The notes under the pieces were generated by a model. It saw only the letters and a program-made list of their open reading frames with translations, was not told where the DNA came from and made no database searches. A DNA stretch of 64,000 nt, taken from assembly GCF_009914755.1 (NCBI RefSeq), contig NC_060927.1. One strand, written 5' to 3'. The position numbers were made by a program, and so were the translations under genes. Below, piece by piece: positions 35,541 through 49,482 of the stretch; positions within the stretch are counted from its first letter, which is position 1, and each line of letters starts with the position of its first letter. This DNA is from the human T2T-CHM13v2.0 reference genome, Homo sapiens.

Positions 35541-38039
35541 GGAGAAATAACAGGCTTCAGATAATAAGTGTATTTATTTTAAATATACCTAAAATCAGAG
35601 CTTGGCCTTAGGGGAGTCATTCAGAAGGCTTGCTGGTGATAGACAAAACGGAAGGTGAGCAGCACTAGAGAGGGGCTGACTTTCTATCACCTCCATTAAA
35701 TTTATTGTTTATTATATGTCTCTCACATACAAGAATGTAGCTCCAGAAAACAGGACAGTACATTCCCTGCTATAGCTCCATCACCTCAAACAGTACCCAG
35801 CACACAGTAGGCTTTCAGTAAATATTTGTTAAATGGATGACGATTTCTGGTGAAAATTTGAGTCCCAGAGAAGTTTCGTAAATTCCTTGCCCAGCTTATG
35901 ATGTCAGAGTTGAATCTAAAACCTGAGTCTCCTCGTTCTCAATACAATGAACATTCCAATCCTGGGATAAACTGGGTTTCAGAATTCACATCCTGTTCCC
36001 AAAGCAGTATTTTAGAAAATTAAAGCTATTTTCAAAGGCTGAAATGAGGCAGAAAAGGATGGAATGACTTCCTCCTTCTTTCAAGATTCTCTGAAATCAC
36101 CCTACATTACTGAAAACACCACCTTTTATTCTGTAAAAAAAAAATTAAAGTTTGTTGATAATGTGACTGTTAAATAATAAAAACTTAAATGTCTTAAAAA
36201 TCTATATATGATCTAACAAAACTCATTGTTTGTTGAATAATGTAAATGAAAATGACATTTTTTAAAATTATCACAAATCTTGACCTTGGTCCTATTGCAC
36301 AGTCTCTCTAGTATTTTTCAAGGACTAAAAACAATTGAAAACATGCAAATATTATTCCTTGAGGTAAAAAGTTAAATTATGTATAAATGTAGCAGATACT
36401 TTCAGAAAGTTCATCAGTAATAGGACTGCTAAGGCAATTAGAAATAACCCTGGATGTCTTATTCTGTAGTTTAATACAAACTAGATAGAGAGCAAGATTG
36501 AAAGGTTAAGAGAAGAAGTGTGTTTCTCTGTAGGATTTATTCCTGAATGTTTAGTGGCATTATTAACTAGAAATTAATAACTCTAGCCCTACATAAACCT
36601 TCCATTCCATCTACATAAAAATCTCTCACACCATGTAAAAAAAAGACACGGTTTTTTTCTTTTGCATACATAAGTAAATTAGAATTTTTGTCCAAAATAA
36701 GAGAACTAAAATTTGCTTTTATTAACTCAAATTTTATGGCTCATTTATAGTTCTGTAAAACTATAACTAACTAGAATTGGAGAAATATTTTTAGAATGGC
36801 CAGAGACTATAAAAGGAAGAAAATTCATAGAACGTCTTCAGTTAACTAGAGGATTTTAGAAAATCTTAATAGGTTTAAATCAGCATAGATAGAGACTTGT
36901 AACATGCCTGTAATGGAAGTTAAAAATTAGGTCTTCAATCATGTAACCATAAAAGTATCTCTCTTGCTAAGTTTCTGAAAAGCATACCATTGTGAAATAA
37001 GGCAAAAAGTTTGCCAGAGATTTGTTTTTCTCCTTAAAAGTGGCCTTATCCTTTAGCCTAATAATCTCACTTCTAGAAGATTACTTCAGGGAAATAATCA
37101 AAAGGAAGAAAAATTCTACATGTTCAAAGATGTTTGCTGAAGTATTATGTATATAATTTAGGATTTGGTAAAAATCTAGCTGTTTAACAATAGGGAAATA
37201 TTTAATTAAATTGGAGTCTATCCACTTGAAGTGATAATATGTAATCATTAAATGCATAGTATAAAACGCTCATTGTATATAAATGCGTATATATGGTTAA
37301 ACTGTGTGTTTATTTTATTAAACAGTTCAATCTCAATTAATTAAGCTATTGTCATATACATGTAACTGCGTGAGTACTACCTGGACTTAAGGGTGGGAAA
37401 AAAAAACGGATAAGTAGCACTCTTTATAAAATCTTGTCTTCAGAATGCTTAATTCTGTCTGGTTGAGCCACATGACACACTGATAGACTCTTAGGTTCCC
37501 AGGGTAATTATAGGCCACACCTAAGTAATCACCAGTTAGGCTTTCTCATTCATTGCAACTAGCTTCATGAAGCGGAGAAATTTACTTTATTGATTCTGGG
37601 TATTTTGCTAGCCTCTTCAAGTCATTTTGGAATCTTTTTTCAGGCGATATGAAGTATCTCTATATTTCAGTGCACATCTTTGCTATAGAAAAGTGATTTT
37701 CGGCTTTGCAGCCCAAAGATGCATTCCATGTATGAATAGGAGTCTTTGTGCCATAAGAGTAAAGTCATCAGCTTCTATGTGATGCAGAAGAAATGTTCAT
37801 CTTCTAATGTGCATATATGTAAGCCACCTCTTTAAAATCAGCCCCTTTAAATGGCACTGAGTATGCTTCTGTGTATGACACATCAATGTCCATTAATTGC
37901 ATGCAGAGAGAACTGAGATTCCAATGGCAAAATCTGTAAAAGTAGATATACAAAGAAAAGTGGAAGCATCTGTTTAATATATACGACATTAGAATTTAAT
38001 TTTACCTCTGTGATGCTTTTGTGTGGCTGCAGTGTTACA

Positions 38040-38215
38040 GCAGAGCATATAAGCATAGCCGTGCAGTGTCAGCAGGTGCATGCCACCAAATTACTGCTTT
38101 TAATTTGCATATTCATCTGCTAAGAAGCATGTCATTATCATATCAAAGGGATACTAAGCAACATCTAGCTTGGAGAGATGTGGCATAGTTTCAATAGGAG
38201 CAATTAATGCAAGAT
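38040..38215. promoter_or_regulatory. Candidate enhancer core with POU octamer/MORE composite and E-box
   Basis: TAATTTGCATATTCAT at 38101-38116, CAGGTG at 38073-38078, and nearby ATTAAT homeodomain-type sites in repeat-free sequence. Confidence 0.3.
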
Positions 38216-39118
38216 GAGGACTCTCTTTCTGTCATGTCTCCCAGGGCTAGCTGTAATCGGGCTGATTATTGGATACCAATAAGACTGAGGGCCCAGTTGG
38301 CACAGAATAAGAGAAGAACTGGAAAGAGAGCCTGCTAGTCCTCTCTACTGTACACTTGATGGCAATTTGACACTCTGGCCACTCAAAAGAATCCTATTAA
38401 TATCATAGAAGCTGTCTACATGCACCCATCTGTTTTAGTTGTCATAAAATGACCAAATGCAGCCCAAAAGTAATGTATTTTAAAAAAGAAGAATCTCGAC
38501 AAGTGGGCGTGAAACAGAAATGTGAAAGAGGCATTAAAATTGTGTTTACACATATGGGTTTTAGTACCTAAGTAATTTTCATTTAACAAACATTGTCTTC
38601 TTTCTTCAAACATTTATTGAGCACCTACATATATGTCAGACAGTGTCAGAACCTACAGATACAGACATAAGCCAGTCACAATCCATAATATGAACAAACT
38701 TGCAGTTGAGCAGGGGAGGTGTAAACCAAACAAAACTTGGATCACATTTAATTTTTTGTGTTTATTAGAAAAGGTCAAAAACGTGCAAAACCATCTTTTT
38801 GATATGATAGCAATAACACAGTATAATTTCTTTCAAGGAAAGCCTTTTCAAGAACAGAATTTTTAATTTTAGTTAATTTTGGAAACTATATCACTTTTCC
38901 TTTCTTAATGAAAGTAGCTGGAAACAGTGTGAAAACTTGAATATTAATAGTTGAACAATGGAAATATCGGTAGTTTTAAAATTGTCCTATTGTTTCTCAA
39001 TTTTTCATTGGATACACTGACATAAGTAATGCTTTTAAAAAGCAGGAACAATTCATAGTTTGCTTCTTACAGTGTCTAGGATGGGAAGTTACAAACACTT
39101 CATTAAATTGTTCAACAA

Positions 39119-39577
<459 letters not shown>

Positions 39578-41282
39578 TTATTCAACAAGGATTTAATCAA
39601 CACCCTATATGCACCAGACTAGTCAATAAAGGGAATTTAAGTTCACCTTGGAAACTATAAAATGGCAGTGAGTACAAAAAAAGCTTTCCAAGTGGCCAGT
39701 AAACCTAGAACTGAATGGTTTATGTGAAGCAAGACTTAAGAATGTCTTCTTTTATGGGTGTCCAATCTTTCAAAGTAGTTTCAGACATCTCTAAAACCAG
39801 TTAATTCAGTATAGCTTCAGAAAGCTCACCAATCCCTTCACTTGTCAATCGTTGTTAAAATTCAGGGATGAGGTATTAGAACTTAGTGAGCATCAGATCC
39901 AGGCAATTCGTTTGCATCATCTAATTTAGTACTCAGACGAATCCTTTAAGATATAGGCTAATGAATCCAATTTGCAGATAATAAAACCAAGGCTCAGAGA
40001 GTTTATGTTTCCCAAGATTACCCAGTTGAGAAGTAGCTGAATAGGATTAGAACTCAGAGTTTTCTAATGCCAAATATGTGTACTATTCACAGCATGTTTT
40101 CTATAAACACAGCATTCAATATCCCAGTCTAATCTATTTTTTGGCAATGAACATGAATATCAGAACTAACTTATATGATTATAGTTAATCTTTTTGAGCA
40201 AGAACAATATTTGCCCAATACCACTCTTTTACCTTATTATGGTGGGAATTAAGGGTTAAATGATGTATACTGTATCAAAACTACTGGTTGAAATTTAAGC
40301 CAATGAACAAGAAAATGGTCTCTTTATATGTTGCTACTCTGGTTAAGTTTTTTACCAAATGAAAGGGTTATTTTTAACCTTAATCTTATTAAGTTTTAAA
40401 TTAAACCTATGCTGAGAATTATGAACTGAGAGTTTTCATTTTTTTTTTTTAAGTTGGGTTTTTGGTAGAGTTGAAAAAGCTGCTGACTTGGGATTCCAAA
40501 GACTTGGGTTTAAATTTTGGCTTTAAATTTTGGTTGTCTGTGAATAATACTTAGCCATAAGGGTCTCAGTCTTTTTTTCTGTTAAATGAGGAATTTAATC
40601 TAGTTGCTGTCTCAGGTTGCTTCCAAGTCTAGCTTTCTATGATTCTATGAAAAACAGCTAGCAGGAGCTCTACTTTAAATACAGCAGATAAAATATTTGA
40701 ACACCCCATACTTCCTGAATTCTTCTTTCCTGCAAAAAAAAAATAAAATTGTCTAGTATGTTTTTAAATAATGCCTTTAACCAAAACTTTAGCAGATGGT
40801 AATTATCGATTGCTCCCCTCTCACAAAAGTTGGTTACATTGCAGCAGTGAATGTTTACTTATTTCTTTGTTACAAAGAAGGAAGAAAGGAAAAAATGAGA
40901 AAAGAAAATGAAAGGGAGAAAGGAAGCCAGACTTGTGTACATGTATGTTACATACACACAGGTGATCATATTGTCAATTTTTTTAAGTTCTATGATTTGC
41001 TTCTACCATAGAAAAATAAAGACAATGTTACCCTTCAACAAGTGATATTCCCAGTAGCAATCATGGCATCCTCCCTTAAGTGAAATGGGAGGTTCTACAA
41101 ATGCTAGAGTTCCGCAGAAATTTTTATTTATTTATTTCTTCTGTTAACAACAGTAAATTTTATGAATTAACTATGAATCAACTTATAGCTTTTTATATTT
41201 ATAACTATAATTATTCATATTGTTTATGACTATCAAGTCAAACATCACTTAATTATCAACCACTGTAGGCATTTGGATATTT

Positions 41283-41583
41283 CCTTTTTCCTTTTTCTTT
41301 TTGAGACAGAGTCTCACTCTGTTGCCCAGGCTGAATTGCAGTGGCACACCTCGGCTCACTGCAACCTCTGCCTCCCAGGTTCAAGTTATTCTCCTGCCTT
41401 GGCTTCCCGAGTAGCTGGGATTACAGACATGCACCACCATGCCCAGCTAATTTTTGTTTCTTTAGTAGAGACTGGGTTTCATCACGTTGGCCAGTCTGGT
41501 CTCAAATGCTTGAACTCAAGTGATCCACCCACCTCAGCCTTCCAAAGTTCTGGGATTACAGGCATGAGCCACTATGCCCAGCC
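41283..41583 (-). mobile_element. AluSx/Sz
   Basis: Dimer; TSD catttggatattt at 41270-41282 and 41586-41598. Confidence 0.93.
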
Positions 41584-42932
41584 AACATTTGGATATTTTC
41601 TAACTGATTTATTTAAGCCTGAATTCACACAAGGAGGTCTTCAAGATTAATCTATTGTTTTTAAGAGACCCCAATTCAGATCAAAACCTTTTCTAACTTC
41701 ACATATAACTCTGTTGGAAGCATACTCAAGGGAAAGCACCTTTCACAAATAAATGTCACTTTCAACTATCAGTTCACTTTTTCCCCTCTCATCAATCTTG
41801 GTACAATTTCCCAAACTTCTATAGAGTGAGTGCAGGTATAAAAAAAAAAACTCAATTTTTAAAAAACTTGGTACAGATTTTTTGTTTATTATTCATAATC
41901 CACAGAGGAAAGTTTTGTGTCATCTGTTATCTATATGGCTTATAATGGTGACAGAGATACTCAGCAAGTCCATTTACAAACCTCTGATGTCCATTTTCAG
42001 CTGCTGCGGTAGGGAATATGAACCATCAATGCTTTCATTGGAAGGATTCAAGGTACTTCACACCTACCTCATGGAAACAAGAGGTATTGATATATTATCG
42101 GATTTTTAGGTTTCTAAAGAAAGATAAAGAGGCTACTTTCATTCATTTATATATGTATATATTAATAACAGTGAGCTAAGTGGACACAGTAGAACAAGAA
42201 AACGTAGTGTTCTTTAGAAAGCCTAGGCTTTATTGGTGCAATTCAAATGGCCAGATATCACATTTATGTCTAAAAAAGAAAAACAAAAAATTTTAAGTGA
42301 TGACATGGGTTAAAATTGAAGAAAGAACTCTAGTATCACACGTCAGGCTTATTGCTGATAGGGGAAGGTAGATACGAATAAAGGAAGATAAAATTGTGCC
42401 ATTGACAACATGGGGAAAGTGTGTCATGGTACATTTTGTTTTAACCGCATAAGAGATGAAGGGTAATAGATCCATTATATGCTGTATTATGCCAAATCAT
42501 AGCTAGAAATCCTTGATCCATTTCAGAAGAAATACTTGGCAGCAAAGAGAAATGAATGCTTAATTATTTAATTAAAACTAACCTAAAACAAGGACAAATC
42601 CTGAAATTATCCACAACCACATGACATGAGGTAGATTTAGATGGCAAAAGGAAATTAACACTTTCCCAAGTAGAAAATTAGTGACATACAGGTATTTTGT
42701 TTGGCTGCTTTAAAAGTAGGAAAATTTTACACTTAAAATAGCTAGTTTGTTTCTCTTTTCTTAAAAAGTCAAAAGACTTTAGAGCACTGACTTAGATTTC
42801 TACATGACAATTGGAAGAAACTAGACAGTGGATGCCCCCTTCGAATTGAGTCTCTTCTATTTTACCATAATCCCCACCAGCCCCTTTCATCTTACCTGCA
42901 GCTTGGTTACCTACCTGATCCCCTGTAGGTTT

Positions 42933-43268
42933 GTTTGTTTGTTTGTTTTCTTTTTTATTTTTATTTTTTTGAGATGGAGTCTCACTCAGGCTGGAGTCCA
43001 GCTCAGGCTGGAGTGCAGTGGCACGATCTCCGCTCACTGCAACCTCCTTTCTTCGCCTCCCCTGTTCAAACGATTCTCCTGCCTCAGCCTCCCAAGTAGC
43101 TGGGACTACAGGTGCATGCCACCACACTCGGCTACTTTTTTTTCTATTTTTAGTAGAGACGAGGCTTCTCTGTGTTAGCCAGGATGGTCTCAATCTCCTG
43201 ACCTCGTGATCCACCCACCTCGGCCTCCCAAAGTGCTGGGATTACAGGCGTGAGCCACCACGCCCGAC
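42933..43268 (-). mobile_element. AluSc/Y-like element with small internal duplications
   Basis: Dimer with ttagccaggatggtctc...acctcgtgatcc; TSD ccc(c/t)tgtaggttt. Confidence 0.9.
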
Positions 43269-43510
43269 CCCTTGTAGGTTTTTGAGCATTCAACCCCTGA
43301 TATCCCAAGCATTACTCTGGGCCACATATTTTATCCTGGTAATCCTTGAAAATATCTCAAGAGACAGCATTATTCACATTTTAAAGACAAGAAAACCAAA
43401 GCTCTGGGAAATCAGGTAACTGGCACAATTGTTAATCTAATATAGACTATCATGCTCTTTCTTTCCTCTCTCCATAAATAATGTTTTAAGGATTAGAAAA
43501 GTTTAGAACA

Positions 43511-43797
<287 letters not shown>

Positions 43798-43803
43798 TTA
43801 GAC

Positions 43804-43980
43804 CAGTCATTTTCAAAGTTACTTGCATATTAGAATCAATTGAGAAGCTTAAAAAAAAAAAAGTGTGAGCTCCATCCCAGGCCATATAAATCAGAATCTC
43901 TCGAGGTGGTTGCAGGCAAAGATTGTTTTTAAGTTTCTCAGCTGATTTTAATGTTCAGCCAGGGATGCAAATCCCTAGCT
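43804..43980. mobile_element. MER5-family element
   Basis: cagtcattttcaaagtt...tagaatcaattgagaagctt...aaatcagaatctct...gattttaatgttcagccaggg. Confidence 0.6.
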
Positions 43981-44246
43981 TAGGTATCAAAAGACAAGAT
44001 AACTTCCAGTTTCTGCTGAATTTTGTTTTTAATAGTTTTAAAACACATACAAAGTCAGACAGGCTTTTGGCTTTACAAAAAACAATGTACTTGAATGTTT
44101 TACTTTTCAAAGTGTGTATTGAGTTGTATCAGCAAAGCATTAACAAAACTCCTAAAGTAAGTTGGATTTGACCTAACTCTACATGGATTTTATATAGCCC
44201 TGTTTGTTAAAGTACTGAAACAAAATGAGTATTTGAATTCTGGTGA

Positions 44247-44586
<340 letters not shown>

Positions 44587-45569
44587 ACTTAGCATTTATA
44601 AGGCGCAGCTGTCCTCTCACTATATTCAGCAATTAAGTTTTATTATGGTTCCCTGGGCAAAGCTTGCATCTTTTCTGATGCCTTAGGCTTGCTTTAGGTG
44701 GTACACCAAAAGCCCAGTTTCATCAATCAGCCAAAAAAATAATAAAACTGATTGACTACTTTTTTAAAATAAGAAATTATTCTCATTTAACTGGTCAAAT
44801 TGTTGTAGGTGTGCTTGTTTGCATGTATAGGCAATCTGTAATATTAATGCATATAACTTTTTATTAAATTATTGGAAAAATTCAAAGTAATGTTTTTGTG
44901 GATCAATCCAACTATGACTGGCCCTGAACAAAGGAGGATGAGAGTTGAAAATGTAATTATTTACTCATGGCAAAGTGTGGCATAATTTTTGCTTTAAAAT
45001 AAACTCCATGCATTATAGATGAGAATTTGTTTTAGAGGTCTCATTCGGTCAGAAAAAAGCCGTGCAGATTCTTCCTTCTTTTGAAATATGTCTTTACCAG
45101 TAACTGTACTGGAAATGATTCTACATTAAAGTGAGTTTTGATACAAATTTAAAAAGCAGCACCATCTAAAATTAGAATTTACTTCAGACGTGACTTATTT
45201 TGATGCATCATAAAATTATGAAGATCAATTATGAAGCAAGTTTTAAGATTGCGATGTTCTCCATTTTTGCAAATAGAGCACTAGCTAGTAAATTTTAGAA
45301 TTTGGATATTCATCCAAAATTAGAAGCTAAAGAAGCACTGGAGTTGGCTATAATTAAGGCATGGGTAAGTGGAGACCTCATAAGCCTGCTTTCAACAGGT
45401 ATATGTTAATCACTTGGCGTCAGCAGCCTCTATTCACATCCCCAAAGCCAGCTCATTTTAGCTCATTAATTCTCAAAGCGTCTTCATAAGTAGGAATGCT
45501 TATAAAAATCTATTTTGCAATAGAATATAGGGAAAGAAACTATACCTTGTCAAAGGTGAGACTGAAACT

Positions 45570-46462
45570 TTTTAAGGGGAATTTGTATTATTTTAATTAT
45601 TTTTATGTACAGAAAACTCAGCAGTGTACAGTTAACCCTTTAGTGGCGACTTCTTTAGCCTTTGCCTTTCCAGCTTGGCTATGTGAGCCACAGATATGGG
45701 ACCCAGGACAATACCTCCCCAGTGACAACAGATCTCATCATATGTGTCATTGTAATTAGTCCTAATAGCTTCCACCAGCTTAGCCAAAGCTCTTTTGTCT
45801 TCTGAGCTAACCTATGTGAAGGCAACAGTGGTACAGGTCTTCATAAATATCCCAGTCTTGCCTTCCCCTTAATAATGCAGTAAGGGACCCCCATTTTATG
45901 AGACGGGGCAGACGGGTAGACAACCAACTCCATGAGATCCACGTCATGTGCAGTCACTACCAGTTGAGCCTTCTTGTTCTCCACCAGCTGAGCCTTCTTC
46001 TTCTCCACCAAAGTGATGATGGTGGTAACTCCTTCTAGAAGGACAAGTGGTCTCTTGGTGGGGATGTCCCCTTTGCCAGTAGCTTTCGTCTCAGCATGGG
46101 CCAATAGTCTCTTCTTCTGTTCTTTCCATGTCTCTGGTCTGTACTTGTGGGCCAGCTTAAGCAGCTGAGTGGCTGTTTTGGAGGTCCAAGGCCTGGGTAA
46201 ACTGGTTAATTGCAGGAGGCACTTTCAGCTACTTATAGTGGATAGCTCTTTGACACGGCAACCTGATATAGTGGGGCCATTTGACAAAGCAGGTGAGGTC
46301 CCTTTTGAGCTGAATATCCTGTCCAATGGCAAAATTTTTAGGCCTTTTCTCTAACAGGGGATTCACCCCTTTCCTGGCCTCCTGCTTCTTCAAGACAGCA
46401 GGGTCTAGAGCCACCTTCTTCCCGTTGGCCTTCTTTCCGTGTTTTGGGTGGCAGAAGAGACA
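45570..46462 (-). pseudogene. RPL7A: Processed pseudogene of ribosomal protein L7a
   Basis: Intronless minus-strand peptides [44 protein letters not shown] and KGDIPTKRP...[13 protein letters not shown]...[19 protein letters not shown]7A-type 3' UTR, frameshifts, lost start codon, degenerate TSD gtgagactgaaact/gtgaggttgaaatt. Confidence 0.95.
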
Positions 46463-46704
46463 GTGAGGTTGAAATTGTAATAAAGTTTAGATCAGGGTAT
46501 TGGACACAGTATTTTAGCCTGTATGAGGTAGATAGGTAGATAAGCACATACATACATACATAAATACATACAACATATATGTATATGTATGTATATATGT
46601 ACATATTTACACTTACACCAAATATAGATATGTAATACTTAGAAATACAATGTACATTTTGATATTAATGTCATGATATCAAATTCCATATGATGACATA
46701 AACT

Positions 46705-47270
46705 TTAGAGTCAAGTTGTAAATAACAAAAACTGATTCAAACCAACCTAAACAATAAATGGGATAAATCCTATTTATCCCTTTAACTAGTATAACCAGCA
46801 TAGCTAACATAACTATAAAATGCAAGGGACAGACCTGGCTTCATTCAGTGACAAATGATATCATCAGGGCTCTATCTTGGTGTGCTTCTCAGACTGTGTC
46901 CACTTGGCATCAAGGTGGTGCTGGCAGCCTCCTTTCCCCTAACCCCACCATCATTCCCATTGTATCAGCTCAGCAGCCCCTCCAAAAAATAATTTTTCTT
47001 TCTCAGTATCTGTAACAGAAAAGCCCAGGGCAGGATCCTGATTAGCCTGCCTTGGGTCATTTGCTTGCCCATACTGATCACTGTGGCCTGAAGTATAGGG
47101 TTCTCTGATTGCCCATGCCTAGGTCATGTGCCCACCCTTGTGTCTGGGTGAGGGACGAAAGGGGCAGTGTCTTTTTGCCTTCACCAACCACGTGAATAGG
47201 GTTCCCTCATGGAAAAGAATGTTCTGATACGAAGAGAATGTAGAGAAGGGTAGTGCCTACATAAAAATAA
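46705..47270. mobile_element. Old MaLR/ERVL LTR (MLT1K-like)
   Basis: aacaaaaactgattcaaaccaacctaaac and repeated gattagcctgccttgggtca / gattgcccatgcctaggtcatgtgcccacc motifs. Confidence 0.4.
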
Positions 47271-47553
47271 CATATGTTCTGCTTCAACAAACAAGGCCCT
47301 TTATACGTGGCCCCTGCCTAGTAGTGTAGATCTTTTGGCTCTCATTCCCCATAAATACATTAATTCTAGTCAGACCCAGTTACTAGAGTTTCCTAAACTT
47401 GATGTGGTCGTTGACTGAATGAATGAGCAACTGTATCAGTAGAGGTGCCTCTATGCTATTATTAAGTTTGTAGAAAACTTGAGGCCTCCTGAAGAGTCCA
47501 GATTACGTAAAAAAAAAGTCATGTTCCTAAATGATCTTTATTATTTTATAAGG

Positions 47554-47647
47554 TATTGACTAAATATGAAAGTGGACTCATTGATGATGTTTATATATGA
47601 TATTGACTAAATATGAAAGTGGACTCATTGATGATGGTTATATATGA
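47554..47647. repeat. Tandem duplication, 2 x 47 bp
   Basis: tattgactaaatatgaaagtggactcattgatgatg(t/g)ttatatatga twice, 1 mismatch. Confidence 0.95.
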
Positions 47648-48031
47648 ATGTACTTCTACTTATGTATGCAAATATCTGTCTCCTTTCTTAGAATAAAGGC
47701 AGGAACCCATTTGTGCTTGCAGCCTTCAAAGAACCTACTATAATGTTATGCACTTACTATGTGATTAGTAAAAGTTTCAGAACTAAAATGTATTAGTTCC
47801 AGTTCTTAGGCAGGGCACTTCTTGCTTTTCCAGGATGGCTATTTTCCCTCAGGAAGCTACCAAATACTATGATTTCCATCTGTATATCTGATGAAGAGAC
47901 TCTGCCCAAGTGTAAATATTCTGACCTGTTAGTAGTTGCCCAGAGCAGCCTGCATAATAAAAATTGTGTTTCCTGATTTCTAGATTGAAGTTGAGCACCA
48001 GAGCATTCTAGAAATATTAGGGTCCATGGGT

Positions 48032-48356
48032 GGCCAGGTGCAGTGGCTCATGCCTGTAATCCTAGCACTTTGGGAGGCTGAGGCAGGCAGATCACTTGAA
48101 GACAAGAGTTCAAGACCAGCCTGGCCAACATGGTGAAACCTCATCTCTACTGAAAAATACAAAAAAAAAAAAAAAAAAATTAGCTGGGCATGGTGGTGCA
48201 TGCTTGTAATCCCAGCTGCTTGGGAGACTGACACATGAGAATCAGTTGAACCCAGGAGGCAGAGGTTGAGGTGAGCCAAGATCATGGCCCTGCACTCCAG
48301 CCTGGGCAACAGAGTGAGACTCTGTCTCAAAAAAAAAAAAAAAAGAAAGAAAGAAA
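48032..48356 (+). mobile_element. AluSx/Sz
   Basis: Dimer with expanded middle A tract; 22-bp TSD at 48010-48031 and 48357-48378, 1 mismatch. Confidence 0.95.
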
Positions 48357-48649
48357 AGAAATATTAGAGTCCATGGGTGATAAAACTCCTAGTTACAGAG
48401 TTGCCTCTATTATTTGCAGGCAGATTGGCCTAACCTGTTTTTTAAAAACGCTACAGGCATTTTTAGAAGGAAGTACTAAATATGCACCAATTAAAATTTG
48501 TTCTGTGAATTCTTTTTCTTTAAATATGGGTCAAATCTACCATATATACTACTGTTAATAGATCACATTAGTATAGTGATTTATAATCTATAAATTCCCA
48601 TTCATAAATTTCATAATACTTATAACTCATGTAAAAGTTAAAAAATACA

Positions 48650-49200
48650 AGGTTTTAGTTGACAGCAAGTATAAAGTGAACCAGTAAGTGCTTAGTTGCC
48701 AAGAAACCTAATGCAATTTCAGACTACATCAACAGAAGTAAATGTCTGGACAAAGGAGGTGATATTTTCATTGCCATCTGTACCAGTTAGAAAACATCTG
48801 GGGTGTTGTTTAGCTATGGGCTTCATCAAGTTCTAAGAGGGACATTGATTGACACAGCTGGAGTTTTTCCAAAAGATAGCATCCCAGAGGGTGTAAGAGC
48901 TGAGGCCAAGTCACATGAGTAACAGCTGAAGGAGCTGAAGATACTGAGTCTTAAAAAGAAACCCACAATAGTTAATTGAAAAAATAGCAACAGACTCTAA
49001 ATACTAATAGGGCGAATTCTTAAGAATTAGAATTCTTAGGAGATAAGAATTAGACCTTTTCCACAGATGAGCTAAAAGCTACACATTTTGATTCAATATA
49101 CTTTAAGTTGTCCTAACAAAAATATTGTTTGTTTTCAAATGACATGATGATTTACCTGTCACTGGAAATTGTAATTCAAAGTCTGCATGATTGTGTATCA
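48650..49200 (+). mobile_element. L3/CR1 LINE fragment
   Basis: ggttttagttgacagcaag...ctaatgcaatttcagactacatcaacagaag...aagagggacattga...cagctgaaggagctg. Confidence 0.65.
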
Positions 49201-49482
49201 GGCATACCAGCTCTACCATCTACTAGCTCTGTGATGTTGGACAAGTTACTTTACCTTGCTGAGTCTCAGTTCTCTAATCTTGAAAATGAATTTTTAGTAT
49301 TATTGGAAGGATGACATGATTATTTACCTGTCACTGGAAATGATAATTCAAAGTCTGCGTGATCGTATATCAGGCATACCAGCTCTACCATCTACTAGCT
49401 CTGTGACATTGGACAAGTTACTTTACCTTGCTGAGTCTCAGTTCTCTAATCTTGAAAATGAATTTTTAGTATTATTGGAAGG
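49139..49482. repeat. Tandem duplication, 2 x 172 bp, spanning an L3/MIR junction
   Basis: Copies start at 49139 and 49311; 8 substitutions counted by eye. Confidence 0.95.

Noticed and set aside
46759-46780. gggataaat-cct-atttatccc hairpin as a terminator or structured RNA
   Set aside because: A 9-bp stem inside an old LTR, with no supporting context.
47554-47647. CRISPR-like repeat
   Set aside because: Two adjacent copies with no spacer, in human DNA with no cas genes.
49015-49038. Palindrome AATTCTTAAGAATT and adjacent hairpin
   Set aside because: Short and AT-rich, and within a decayed L3 region. Expected by chance or from a small local duplication.
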